A DNA stretch of 64,000 nt from positions 4,278,001 to 4,342,000 of the forward strand of contig JAQOWU010000008.1 of the NCBI GenBank assembly GCA_030867685.1. Reading direction: 5' to 3'. Position 1 is the stretch's first letter. Every line of letters starts with the position of its first letter. Below, piece after piece: positions 1 through 12,895 of the stretch. The stretch is from Wickerhamiella versatilis. Lineage: Eukaryota. The position numbers and the translations under genes are program-made. A model generated the notes under the pieces. It did not search any database and was not told the origin of the DNA. It worked only from the letters and a program-made list of their open reading frames with translations.

Positions 1-456
1 CTATACAGTTCTACGGTCAGTAATATGTCGAATAACTGCGCCTTGACCAGCGATAGCAAATGTCTTCTCCATCCAAGTCAATAGAGTTGCCCCATTGGCC
101 TGACCTTGAGATGTTGACATTGCCTTATAAAGATATTTTACCAGGACGACACGGTCCTGCGGGCTCAACTCTTTCACTAATGTATCGATCTCTGAGGAAC
201 GAGTGCTCACCAAAACTTGCAGAACAGCAGCTAACCTTGTGTCTTTAGTTGATTCATCACTTCCATATGGTGGATTGGCCAAAGCAGCCCTAAGAGCACT
301 TTCTGTGTTCCCAGACTGAAGTGATTGCTTAACCGTGAGCTGTGTCTGCTGTGCATCTGAAAGAGTCACACCACTAGGGGTAACTTCAGGAACGCTATTG
401 ACAACAGAATCGGGGTCCAGCCTATCAATATCGATCTTTCGAAAGTCTGTTGTCAT
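1..456 (-). CDS. ARC15: Arp2/3 complex subunit 5 (p16-Arc)
   Basis: DFRKIDIDRLDPD N-terminus, ALANPPYG, LVKYLYKAM and C-terminal IRHITDRRTV match ARPC5; stop TAG at 1-3. Confidence 0.93.
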   Translation of the reverse strand: MTTDFRKIDIDRLDPDSVVNSVPEVTPSGVTLSDAQQTQLTVKQSLQSGNTESALRAALANPPYGSDESTKDTRLAAVLQVLVSTRSSEIDTLVKELSPQDRVVLVKYLYKAMSTSQGQANGATLLTWMEKTFAIAGQGAVIRHITDRRTV

Positions 457-809
457 AATGTTAATAGTGCCAAGAGCCGACAGGCTTGATTATATAACAC
501 AGACGGCACCTGTGCTGGCTGTTTTCCTCGAAGGTAAGTTTACAGATTGATGTACGACGGAGCTGGGAGGGTTTCGCAGAGAGCGATGTCATCTTGAATC
601 TTCATCTTGAGCAAAAAAATATAGAAAGTGATTATATCGCGTCATGTTGATAAAACTTAGGTGAGACCATGCTAGAAGAATCCTAGGAAGGCGAACGTAA
701 TTATAGTTGTATGCAAACAGTACTTTTATATGTGGTGTTGAGAGCAGCTTCAAAGCCCTTTTGACGAATCAGACTACCCCGGATTCGAGCTGAGTAAGTG
801 GAGTCGGCC

Positions 810-2201
810 ATGGAGGGCCTTCTGCGAAGGCTTCAAAAAACCAAAGAAGACGACATTGTTGATGTTCCCTTGCTTTGTAGTCTGATCATCGATACTTATA
901 ATGACTTTGACAAGTCTGAGAAGGCAGCCCAACGCCTTCTTGAGACTATTAAGCAGTACGAAACAGATGATGATACGATCCATCCCATCACTGTGAAGCG
1001 GTTCGCGGAGTTTATTCGACATCGAGGCGACCATCTTCGGCGAGTTTTCGAGCGCATCGATAAAAACGACGATCGAAGAATCACCTTGGATGATATATAC
1101 AATTATCTCGATACCTCACATGCGGACTACGACGCTGAAAAAATTGCTGCCATTTTGCGCGTGCTGGACACTGATGATGACGGCATAATCACTATGCAAG
1201 AGTTTCAGGACAAGCTGCTGCTCGTTCCCTTGACAAAAGCGAATTTTGATCGCTTTTTCTATCATGCTTATAACTTTTTTGTGGAGGACCTTGAAATCAC
1301 CACAGACTCTGATGTACTCATTGAATCCAATAGTTTGGGATATTTTTGGTGCGGTGGTATGGCAGGTGTTGTCTCGCGTACTTGCACTGCGCCATTTGAT
1401 CGTCTCAAAGTTTATTTGATCGCTCAAGGTGGGCCTATACTCGCTGCTATTCAAAAAATCTATCATTCCGGGGGATTGCGTGCCTTTTTTGTTGGAAACG
1501 GGCTTAACGTCGTTAAGGTTTTTCCAGAGAGCGCGATGAAGTTTGGCTCCTTCGAAACTGCGAAGCGTGCATTTGCTGCATTTGAAGGTGTCGACGATCC
1601 AGCGGATATATCAAGGCTAGCTACATTCATCTCGGGGGGACTTGGAGGAATGTGTGCGCAGCTCTGCGTTTTTCCATTGGACACAACAAAGTTTCGTGTG
1701 CAGGCATCAGATGACACTAAACCAGGGCGTCTATGGCGCACTGTCCGAAATGTCTACGCAGAGCATGGTATAAGAGGGTTCTACCGCGGGTTGTATGTTG
1801 GTGTGCTTGGTATCTTTCCTTTTGCGGCCTTAGATTTAGGCATATTCAGTGCATTCAAGGGTGCTTATATCAAAAATCAGGCTAGTCGTCACAATATTGA
1901 TCCTTCAGATGTGCAGCTGGGTAATCTAGTTGTACTCAGCATGGGTGCTGTTTCGGGAAGTGTGGGAGCATCTGCCGTATATCCCATTAATCTCGTAAGG
2001 ACTCGAATACAGATGCAAGGCACCTCTGCTCATCCTTTCGTGTACAAGGGGTTCCTTGACTGTTGTCGACAAACTGTATACCGCGAAGGATGGCATGGCT
2101 TCTTCAGGGGCCTCGGTCCAAATTTGGCAAAAGTTGCACCTTCTGTCTCTATTAGCTATCTTGTTTATGAGAACTCGAAAAAGTTCCTGGGACTGCATTA
2201 A
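810..2201 (+). CDS. SAL1: Ca2+-binding mitochondrial ATP-Mg/Pi carrier
   Basis: EF hands (DKNDDRRIT, DTDDDGIIT) followed by three carrier repeats (PFDRLK, PLDTTK, PINLVR); first ATG at 810. Confidence 0.9.
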   Translation: MEGLLRRLQKTKEDDIVDVPLLCSLIIDTYNDFDKSEKAAQRLLETIKQYETDDDTIHPITVKRFAEFIRHRGDHLRRVFERIDKNDDRRITLDDIYNYLDTSHADYDAEKIAAILRVLDTDDDGIITMQEFQDKLLLVPLTKANFDRFFYHAYNFFVEDLEITTDSDVLIESNSLGYFWCGGMAGVVSRTCTAPFDRLKVYLIAQGGPILAAIQKIYHSGGLRAFFVGNGLNVVKVFPESAMKFGSFETAKRAFAAFEGVDDPADISRLATFISGGLGGMCAQLCVFPLDTTKFRVQASDDTKPGRLWRTVRNVYAEHGIRGFYRGLYVGVLGIFPFAALDLGIFSAFKGAYIKNQASRHNIDPSDVQLGNLVVLSMGAVSGSVGASAVYPINLVRTRIQMQGTSAHPFVYKGFLDCCRQTVYREGWHGFFRGLGPNLAKVAPSVSISYLVYENSKKFLGLH

Positions 2202-2355
2202 CGCCTGCTTTGGAAATATTTATATAGACTTTCATGCACATATGCATATGCAAATAGTAACTTGGTGAGAGCAGATTAGCCATTAATTGAAAATCTCATT
2301 AACAAGCAAGGGGAATAGCTAAGGTGATAACTGAGGCATTTTACGGTATCAGCTC

Positions 2356-4164
2356 TTAATGATTTTCCCTATCACTGGAATCATTCCACGCTGTCTGTAG
2401 CGTAGATTTTTTCGCATTCAGAACATCATCGTCGGTATCGGAACTTTGGCTTAATCTGCTGCTTCCGAGATGCTGATATCTCAAAAGTTCTGCATCAGTT
2501 TCCACCTGGGAATTCACCCTACTTACAGGCAATGAGGTGTAGGAGGCTGAGGTCTGCGACTCCTGGTCACCTGGCATTCGCTCACTCTCAGCCTGACTCG
2601 AAAAGGGGCGTTCGTAAAGTTCTGGAGTTGGCCGAATCGATCCAGAAGACATCCGTTTCAATGATCGAGACGAATTATCATAATCATATTCAGTCCTGGT
2701 CTCAATGCTGGTATCGTGACTAGGGTCCCTGGAAATCTGAACAGCCTCTGCCTGATTTGCCTCTGCAATCTGATGATGAACTTTGGTTTCCGCAGAAAGC
2801 TTGGGTGTCTTTGGGCGCAGCGGGGTTACTTCTTCGATATCTGATGCATGTACACTGGCCTCTGGAACCCAAGGGCTGTCTTGAAATCCTTCTGCTTCGA
2901 ATAAAGCAGAGTAACGCTTGGGTACATTTTCCAAGGAATTTTCAATCGATGTTGATCTTCTCTGTCCTGACGAGGAGGAGTGCCCTTGGCGCCAGTTTTC
3001 ATTATATGATTCGCCATCACCACGTGTACTAGTTGGACTGTACGCCTCTAGTATAGTTTCAGGTGTAGAATAATACGAAGATCGACTTCCACTACTTGTT
3101 TCTGAATTGTCATATGACGATGACAGCGAAGACCATGAGGACCAGCTGCGGGCATTGCTCCATCTTTGCTCCTGTTCTTGCTCCCATGAGGCACGCTGTT
3201 TTCTCAATATCGCTCGATGCGCAATAGCACGCCTCAGGTATGCTCCCCATGTATCCACAAAGTCCATGGCTTCCTGAATGTCTATTATCTCAGGTTCTAC
3301 TTCTTCGCGAGGAACATGTGATAGCCTCCAGGACTTGGGGCGTATTTTTGCTTTCGTCGAAGTAGGACTGGGCCGTTTATCTTTGCCCTCTCGAGATACC
3401 GCTCGTGGTGGTGTCTGCGGTAGAGGCAATACATTTTCAGGCTTCGATGCATTATAAGGGCCTTCTTTTGGCAAATTTGGATCTTTTGTAGTAGAATCTG
3501 CCTTCTGAGGCGTACTTATATCCCTTCTCAGACCATAAGCATTAGCAGGATCACCTGGGGCTGGTGTGTGTGTCTGTTCTCGTTCAGGAAGACTCACCTT
3601 GACCCAATTATCTGTGCTATTATTACCTGTATTAGATTCTTCTTTTGGAGGCAATTTCTCAGTACTGATGTTAGGCAACTGGCTTGATTGGTCCAAGGGT
3701 ATTAGGTTAGGTGGAAGCGGATTTGGCTGCGCAGTATTAGATTTCCAAACCTGGACAGGAACGGATGATCCTCGATAACGGGGTTTTGGACGCCTATAAA
3801 GAAGATCCCTGCAACGGAAGCGATAAGTTGCTCGGGAAGTATCTGGTGTTATCAAGTTTGATGGCTTACGCTGAAGATATCGCTTTGAAAATTTATAGGT
3901 CCTTTTTGAACGTTGGTTCCAGAACAGTCGGCCAAAAAACCGCTTCAATCGTTGTAATGGACTCGGTTTCAAAGCATGACGTCGTCTCAGCAGAGTAGAA
4001 TTGGTCCGCTTGTTGGTGTTCCCAGGTATATGAGCTTTGTACGGCTGCGGTTGATGTAGAGTCGAGCCTACCACCTGCCAACCATCATCCGACTGCATGC
4101 AATAATCTTTGATTGGGAAATTGTAAAATGTAAGTAGTTTGGTGGCTGGCATAAGGCCAGCCAT
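2356..4164 (-). CDS. Hypothetical Ser/Pro-rich, largely disordered protein
   Basis: 602-aa ATG ORF with a basic N-terminus and one helical-looking segment (DFVDTWGAYLRRAIAHR); family not recognised. Confidence 0.7.
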   Translation of the reverse strand: MAGLMPATKLLTFYNFPIKDYCMQSDDGWQVVGSTLHQPQPYKAHIPGNTNKRTNSTLLRRRHALKPSPLQRLKRFFGRLFWNQRSKRTYKFSKRYLQRKPSNLITPDTSRATYRFRCRDLLYRRPKPRYRGSSVPVQVWKSNTAQPNPLPPNLIPLDQSSQLPNISTEKLPPKEESNTGNNSTDNWVKVSLPEREQTHTPAPGDPANAYGLRRDISTPQKADSTTKDPNLPKEGPYNASKPENVLPLPQTPPRAVSREGKDKRPSPTSTKAKIRPKSWRLSHVPREEVEPEIIDIQEAMDFVDTWGAYLRRAIAHRAILRKQRASWEQEQEQRWSNARSWSSWSSLSSSYDNSETSSGSRSSYYSTPETILEAYSPTSTRGDGESYNENWRQGHSSSSGQRRSTSIENSLENVPKRYSALFEAEGFQDSPWVPEASVHASDIEEVTPLRPKTPKLSAETKVHHQIAEANQAEAVQISRDPSHDTSIETRTEYDYDNSSRSLKRMSSGSIRPTPELYERPFSSQAESERMPGDQESQTSASYTSLPVSRVNSQVETDAELLRYQHLGSSRLSQSSDTDDDVLNAKKSTLQTAWNDSSDRENH

Positions 4165-4649
4165 TTTATTGTGGGTTAGGGTGTTCCAGGTTTGGTAAAT
4201 GAGATTCTATTAATGCAGTTCAGGTCGAAAGTATAGCGTGGCGAGATACCATCTTGCTCATTTAGTTAATGTCTCGGACTAATTAGAAGGTGCTTATCGC
4301 GAGGTATGCTGGTGTATGCATGTTCTGAAATGAATACAATGTTACAAATTCGCTATCAGCTGGGTCACTCTCACAATAAGTCCTCAAATGTTACATTAAT
4401 GCCTAAAGAAAGCTTTTTTTGACATGGTAACGGAAAAATCAAGGCTCACTCAAAAGCTTATGTCGCAACTTTTTTTGAAGATGCAGGGACACCAAGATGT
4501 ATGATAATAATTTTATAAAAGGGAACGGGTCCTCACTGAAATTTTCTGTGTCCAACAAAATTCATGAAAAAGGCATCTTATTTTTACTAAAACTTTAGTA
4601 TAAACTATTTTACAGTCTCAATCCTGCGTTTCTCTATTTCTCTTTCTAC

Positions 4650-5918
4650 ATGATGAGTCGATTTGGCGGAGGAAATGTGGGAGAGTGCCTCAGTCAGCAA
4701 GAGTATAAGGAAGGTTACATGGCCGACGTTGGGGCCAAATACATATATACAGTGGGTGAACTGCTGGATCTTGCCAGTTCTCCACTTGTCACAGTTCCTA
4801 AAAACCTCGATGCTGCTGAAATAGAGCAAATTCATGCTCAGCGCAACCAGCAAGTATTGCTTCCAGCCCGAGAGAAAGGGTTTTCACACGCAGGTCATGA
4901 ACATCGGTATAATGGAAGAAAAGGTGGTAAAGGAGGTTGGAAGCCCCCACGTGATACCCACCGTGAAGTTCCTAAAGAACCTCTACGAGAACCCCATCAC
5001 CAGCAACAATCGCACAAGGATCTGGCACAGAAATCGGCAAAGAACCCCAGTGTACCTGTTGAGGAGGAGGATGAAAATATTTGGCTTGCACCAGACGCAG
5101 GTTCGTCTGGGTTCGGAGGTGGAGGTGGTCATGTTGCTGAATTCGAAAAGTGGAAAGCAGAAATGAAGAACAATGCACTGCTTGATGCTGGTTTTGAAGT
5201 AGGTGCACCTCGCACTAATGTAGCACAAGAGGAAAATTACGCTTCTGGTAAAAATCCGAAAACATCCGAGGTAGATTACTGGCAGTCTGCTTTACCTTCT
5301 GTACCAAAGAAACCAGCATCTGAGAATACCAGTGGATCCTCGCGATTCTTCAGCCTGCAGGAAAAGCCTCAGAATTTTGGATTTCCACCTGGGGTCGTGG
5401 GTGGTGTGCCAACCTCGTCCAGTGGTGTGTCTCAACCCACTCATGGCCTCCCAGCATCTAGCGTAGCTGCTTCGACTGGTCAGCGTCGCCAAGTCCCCAC
5501 AGGCGCTCCCTTAATGACATCACCATCCCCTATAAACCTAGGTTCACAGCCTGTGATGAATGCCGGGGGCGCTTCCCAAGGATTGGCGTCTGCGATGCCG
5601 CTACGACCTCCCCCTGGATTACAACCTCCTCCAGGTTTACAACCCCCACCTGGCCTGCAACCACCGCCTGGACTACAACCGCCACCTGGGTTGCAACCGG
5701 TACCTGGTGCAGCTCAAAAGCTTGGAAATTATGGAAGTCCTGGACTCGGCGGTCCAGATCAAAGGGGTCTCAATTCAACACCAGACAATTCCACATTGTC
5801 GCAAAGCAAATCCGGAATATATTTTTCCGGCAATGAAGAAACTCAAGCAAGGCAGACAAAGCCAACTGCTGCAAGTGATGACGCCTTTTTTAAGAGTTTA
5901 TTGTCTCGTAAAACTTGA
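4650..5918 (+). CDS. Eap1-like eIF4E-binding translational repressor
   Basis: YxxxxL-phi motif YTVGELL near the N-terminus, disordered body, five PPPGL motifs; alternative start at 4719. Confidence 0.65.
   Translation: MMSRFGGGNVGECLSQQEYKEGYMADVGAKYIYTVGELLDLASSPLVTVPKNLDAAEIEQIHAQRNQQVLLPAREKGFSHAGHEHRYNGRKGGKGGWKPPRDTHREVPKEPLREPHHQQQSHKDLAQKSAKNPSVPVEEEDENIWLAPDAGSSGFGGGGGHVAEFEKWKAEMKNNALLDAGFEVGAPRTNVAQEENYASGKNPKTSEVDYWQSALPSVPKKPASENTSGSSRFFSLQEKPQNFGFPPGVVGGVPTSSSGVSQPTHGLPASSVAASTGQRRQVPTGAPLMTSPSPINLGSQPVMNAGGASQGLASAMPLRPPPGLQPPPGLQPPPGLQPPPGLQPPPGLQPVPGAAQKLGNYGSPGLGGPDQRGLNSTPDNSTLSQSKSGIYFSGNEETQARQTKPTAASDDAFFKSLLSRKT
5601..5699 (+). repeat. In-frame 18-bp repeat encoding (L[R/Q]PPPG)x5
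   Basis: LRPPPGLQPPPGLQPPPGLQPPPGLQPPPGLQP, with synonymously diverged codons. Confidence 0.9.
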
Positions 5919-6179
5919 GTCTTATATGCTGATTATTTTGACGGTAGAGTCATTATCTATGTAGGAATCATTGATTAACTAGAGAATAGAGAGAATACTC
6001 TGCTACCGTTCTTGTCCTATATTAAAAATTGAAATATGCCTGAATCTGTATGTGATACAGATGCATGTGTGCGCCAATTTACGCAGATTAAAAACCCTAA
6101 ATAGCACTCACAATATGAATGGGTGAAATTGGCTTACTAGAACTCACATGATCAGGCGAGGCTATAAAATCTATTTTCT

Positions 6180-8849
<2,670 letters not shown>

Positions 8850-9609
8850 CTAGCTAGCCCACGTGTCTCTATCCTTAGTATACTATAAACACTAATTGAG
8901 ATGAGATCGGAAAATCGCCAAGGCACTCATTTTATAATAGTCATAAAGCTTTAAACCGCAATTGATAAAGTCAAATTTCTGATTTTTTTTCCTTCATTTG
9001 GAAAGTTAATGATGAAATTCCGTCTGACTTCTCCATGCGCAGCAAAATGTATCTGTTTCTCTATTTCTCAGCGTGCAGCTTGCTAGCTGCACGCATATAA
9101 GTTATTTAAGCTTATAATAAAGGGATTAAGACTTATCAAATGACCTCACAATGGATTGGAGATCAAACTCTAGTCTAATACTTCCAAGGTTCTCATCTAT
9201 TCCAGAAAGCATCATCATAGACGCATCAAGCTTAGAAGGCACCACACTTTCTGGCATCAAGACAAGCGAATCTACCGGTCCGGTCAATCAAGGGAATGTA
9301 GCAGATATTTCGACATTGAAGGTCTTTGGTATTGTGTTTTTTATGCTTTGAGGCAGTTAAGTACCCAAATTCCAACAATACTGTTATATCAAAAGAAATA
9401 ATTTGCAAGAGGGATTAGAGTCAGATTCATTCATTCATTCGGAGCGACTGTGGTAAAGTAGCAACGATTTGTATCTCCTGAACAAATGCGCATTCCAATA
9501 TTAAATAGCTATATAGCAAGATTATGATCTAGCAGGATCAGGAAATTTAGGCAGCCGAACCTACTGGGTGCGTAGCCGAAGCCTTAAACCTAAACCTGGT
9601 TCTGGAATC

Positions 9610-10683
9610 ATGGTCGGTCTGAGCGATGACATTTTGAGCTTATATGTACTGCCATTGCTTGACTACGATGACCTGAATAGTTTTTCCCTGGCATGTAGAC
9701 GGTGGATGATACTTTCCCAACCATTGAGGCACCCTCTACTTTATGAAAAGCTCTTTGCGAAGGATACCGACGGTGTTCAAAGAAGTACTGCTACTAACTG
9801 GAAGCAAAGATTTGATATTAGGAAAAAATACCGTCTATTCGCATGGGGAAGGTACTTCGGACGCCTCAATGGAGCGAGTTTCAACCAGCCGACAGAATTA
9901 ATTGATCGAGGACCTGTAAGGAGCATATTCCTGGGGCCAGAGGGACCTGGAGTTGTAACGTTCGAAGGAAAGGTTGTATATCGCAGCTGGAGACCGCATG
10001 AAATACCGGCGTTTATTTATAATGTTTTTCCATACCGAGACGATTTAATTGCCATAGACTCCAAAAACCAGGCTTTTCTACTGGGTGGGACTGGCTTAGC
10101 TTTTCGTGGACAAAAGATAGCGGACGACGTCAAGATGATTGCAGGTGGTTTTGTGCTTCGAACAACCGGGCAGGTGAGCCATCACGGCTCTCTTGTGGCA
10201 CAGGGAGTGGATCAGATCTCTTCTAATGGACTCTACCTCGACTGGAATGGCAACATTGGCTCATTAACTGGTGATACTGGTTTATTGCCGTTGTTCAATG
10301 AAGCCATACGAGGAACCAACGAGAGGTTTACCAAGTTGGTAGGTTGCAATAACGATACGTATATGATCTCTAATCATGGCCGTTTATTTAATTGGTATGA
10401 AAATAAACTCAGCGAAATCGATCTACCTGAGGCTGCTGCAGACGTGGTCGCAGGGTCAGCCACGAACGACACGAGGCCTCAAGTATTTTTATTGACAGTA
10501 ACAGGCACTATTTATGCATATGGTGAATCACGCAGTAGCGATTGTTCTAGTTTCGGGGTAGGGAACCTACCAAACACCGGTGATACTGTAAGACTGGCAT
10601 CTATGCATCTGGTTTCCAGGGGTCCCGCAGTCAGCATAGTTACCGATGGATACTGTACAGCAGCTCTTATGCTACCCCCCTAA
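9610..10683 (+). CDS. F-box protein with RCC1-like repeats (Saf1-like)
   Basis: F-box LSDDILSLYVLPLLDYDDLNSFSLACRRW, then WKQRF..R...FAWG and G.IYAYG; ATG at 9610. Confidence 0.7.
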   Translation: MVGLSDDILSLYVLPLLDYDDLNSFSLACRRWMILSQPLRHPLLYEKLFAKDTDGVQRSTATNWKQRFDIRKKYRLFAWGRYFGRLNGASFNQPTELIDRGPVRSIFLGPEGPGVVTFEGKVVYRSWRPHEIPAFIYNVFPYRDDLIAIDSKNQAFLLGGTGLAFRGQKIADDVKMIAGGFVLRTTGQVSHHGSLVAQGVDQISSNGLYLDWNGNIGSLTGDTGLLPLFNEAIRGTNERFTKLVGCNNDTYMISNHGRLFNWYENKLSEIDLPEAAADVVAGSATNDTRPQVFLLTVTGTIYAYGESRSSDCSSFGVGNLPNTGDTVRLASMHLVSRGPAVSIVTDGYCTAALMLPP

Positions 10684-10787
10684 AAACATATAGCAAGCTC
10701 TTATTACTACTTCTCTAGTAAACAATTGTCCTCCCCTCCATATATTTAAGTTAATGCGTCGCGTACCAATTTTCTGACTCAGGAAAA

Positions 10788-11246
10788 ATGGTGGCGGACG
10801 ATTTTTTCCCACCGTTCCAGGAGGTTATGAAACCTCTCCCTGCAGAAGAGCTGCGCATACTTTCACGTCAGTATAAGAATGAGCGACATCCTAGTGTTCA
10901 AACAAGTTTCAATTACGCTTGGGGGCTTGTCAAGTGTAAGGACAAATCCGATATTCGTAGAGGCATCACACTGCTTCAAGACGTATTCAAGGATACCCCT
11001 GAACGTAGACGTGAGTGTCTTTACTATCTTGCCGTGGCACATCTCAAATTGACAGAGTATGGCGCGGCAAGACGCTACGCAGATACCCTGATGGGGTACG
11101 AACCTCGTAATCGGGAGGTCATAGCGCTTCGGCAAAATATCGAAGACAATTTGAGCAAAGAGGGGATGATTGGCGTCGCAATTATTGGCGGTGCTTTCGC
11201 AATTGGAGCCGCAGTATTGAGTACGATACTGCGGCGTAAGAGATAA
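10788..11246 (+). CDS. FIS1: Mitochondrial fission protein Fis1
   Basis: QTSFNYAWGLVK and RRRECLYYLA TPR motifs, C-terminal TM tail ending RRKR. Confidence 0.95.
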   Translation: MVADDFFPPFQEVMKPLPAEELRILSRQYKNERHPSVQTSFNYAWGLVKCKDKSDIRRGITLLQDVFKDTPERRRECLYYLAVAHLKLTEYGAARRYADTLMGYEPRNREVIALRQNIEDNLSKEGMIGVAIIGGAFAIGAAVLSTILRRKR

Positions 11247-12145
11247 TTCTAGGAGACGCCGTTGCCCAGCTTGTGCTTGATAAGTATTACTCACTACCGC
11301 GAAATGGAAAGCCCTCGGTGCGGGCGAATGGTGTGAAGGAGTGGACTGTGGTTGCTGGTGTAGTTATTTGTATTCGAGGAAGCCTAGAGTGCATTTCAGT
11401 TGCCACAGGTGTCAAGGCTATGCCTGATACATCTTTGCACAATGGTGAAGTCGTTCATGATATGCATGCAGAGATTTTGGCTTTGCGAGCGTTCAATTTG
11501 TATCTTCTTGAACATGACCTGAATGATTTTGAATCCTATCTTTATGTATCAAAGCCCCCTTGCGGTGATGCATCTCTGAGCTTGTTTCAGGGTGAGGTAT
11601 GGCCTTCTTCAGCTGGAGACTCCACTGAGATCATTCGAGGAAGGGCACATTTTGGAGCACAAGGACGAATCCGGACGAAGCCGGGACGGGCTGATTCGGC
11701 CTTGACGATGTCGAAATCTTGTAGCGACAAATTGGCTCGCCGACAGGTACAAGGATTTGCATGCTCTTTACTCCGTAGCAAGGGTCAGCAATGGTATCTG
11801 TCAGGTCTAGTGTGCCCTGAAATACCAAAAGTCGATTTTCAGAGAGCTTTCAGCAGATGGGAGCCAATCAGTCAGTTTAAATGGCTGGAAACTGCATTAA
11901 AACCACCTGATGGGGATTCTCCAACAGCAATATCCTTGGTGTGGACACCAGATTTGTATGAGGTCTTATTTAACGGCCGCCTTCAAGGTTCCCGTAAACC
12001 ATCGCGTCTCAGTCGTCTTAGGATGGCACAATCCGCCGGAATGTCTCCAAGCGAAGCGTATTACAGCACTAAGGTTCGTAACTTCTATCCACCAGGCTGG
12101 GTGCGAACGGCAAGTGATGATTTTTATCCTAGTTTGTCACAGTAG
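11246..12145 (+). CDS. TAD1: tRNA-specific adenosine-37 deaminase (ADAT1 family); start site unresolved
   Basis: DMHAEILALRAF, PPCGDAS, RTKPGRADS and SKSCSDKLA motifs; frame open from 11240, with no ATG before 11420. Confidence 0.85.
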   Translation: MLGDAVAQLVLDKYYSLPRNGKPSVRANGVKEWTVVAGVVICIRGSLECISVATGVKAMPDTSLHNGEVVHDMHAEILALRAFNLYLLEHDLNDFESYLYVSKPPCGDASLSLFQGEVWPSSAGDSTEIIRGRAHFGAQGRIRTKPGRADSALTMSKSCSDKLARRQVQGFACSLLRSKGQQWYLSGLVCPEIPKVDFQRAFSRWEPISQFKWLETALKPPDGDSPTAISLVWTPDLYEVLFNGRLQGSRKPSRLSRLRMAQSAGMSPSEAYYSTKVRNFYPPGWVRTASDDFYPSLSQ

Positions 12146-12272
12146 CAATTACTTAGTTGGCGATCTTGATTCGTCTGTATATAATTTATTCAATTGAACC
12201 AAACTGCGAGTCTAGACTGAAGGAATACTAAGCTAAGAGGTCTATATGAAGGCACTAGCCGCCTGCGGCCAT

Positions 12273-12818
12273 TCACACTTCATTATCACTTTCACCTTCC
12301 TCGCCTCCTAATTCCTCGCCCTCTGCAACACCATCAGCCCCATCGAATCCTCCCGCGGCTGCTTCTCGTTGCATCTCTGCTGCGTATTGGGCACCGCGCA
12401 GTACCTGGGCAACCTGATCATTATCCCCAGCAAGGTCAATAGGGCGTTTACGTGAGGAATTCAAGGCATCAGGCGTGGCACCGGCTTCTATCAAGAGTTC
12501 AACAAGGGGAACAGCAGTTTCGGAGCTAGGAGTTCGGGCCGCAAAATCCACAGCGAAGTGCAACGGTGTGGAGCCACCCATCTTATTTTTGGGATCAATT
12601 TCCACGCCCTCCTGATCAAGGAGAAGATCGACAACTTCAAAAGACCCGGACTGGCATGCCACGTGAAGCATCCTATCACCAAGAGGGGTGGTGAGAGTGT
12701 TTATGGTGTTAGCTATCTCCTCAGGGGACTTTCCAGTGAATAAAGATTCAATAAGTGCCTCATTATTGGAGCGGGCCGCACCAATCAACTGTTCTTGCAC
12801 AGAAGCTCCTTCCGACAT
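12273..12818 (-). CDS. Small ankyrin-repeat protein with acidic tail
   Basis: GDRMLHVAC, GSTPLHFAV and LLIEAGA ankyrin consensus; resembles the YCR051W family. Confidence 0.85.
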   Translation of the reverse strand: MSEGASVQEQLIGAARSNNEALIESLFTGKSPEEIANTINTLTTPLGDRMLHVACQSGSFEVVDLLLDQEGVEIDPKNKMGGSTPLHFAVDFAARTPSSETAVPLVELLIEAGATPDALNSSRKRPIDLAGDNDQVAQVLRGAQYAAEMQREAAAGGFDGADGVAEGEELGGEEGESDNEV

Positions 12819-12895
12819 TATTTTGTTTAATAATCAAACTGAAACTAACATGTTGAATTGGCTAAAAAGTATTTCGATATATGGATAGATATAAC

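Noticed and set aside
9126-9430. Possible decayed ORF between ARG5,6 and the F-box gene
   Set aside because: Short, stop-interrupted and without recognisable homology; cannot support a pseudogene call
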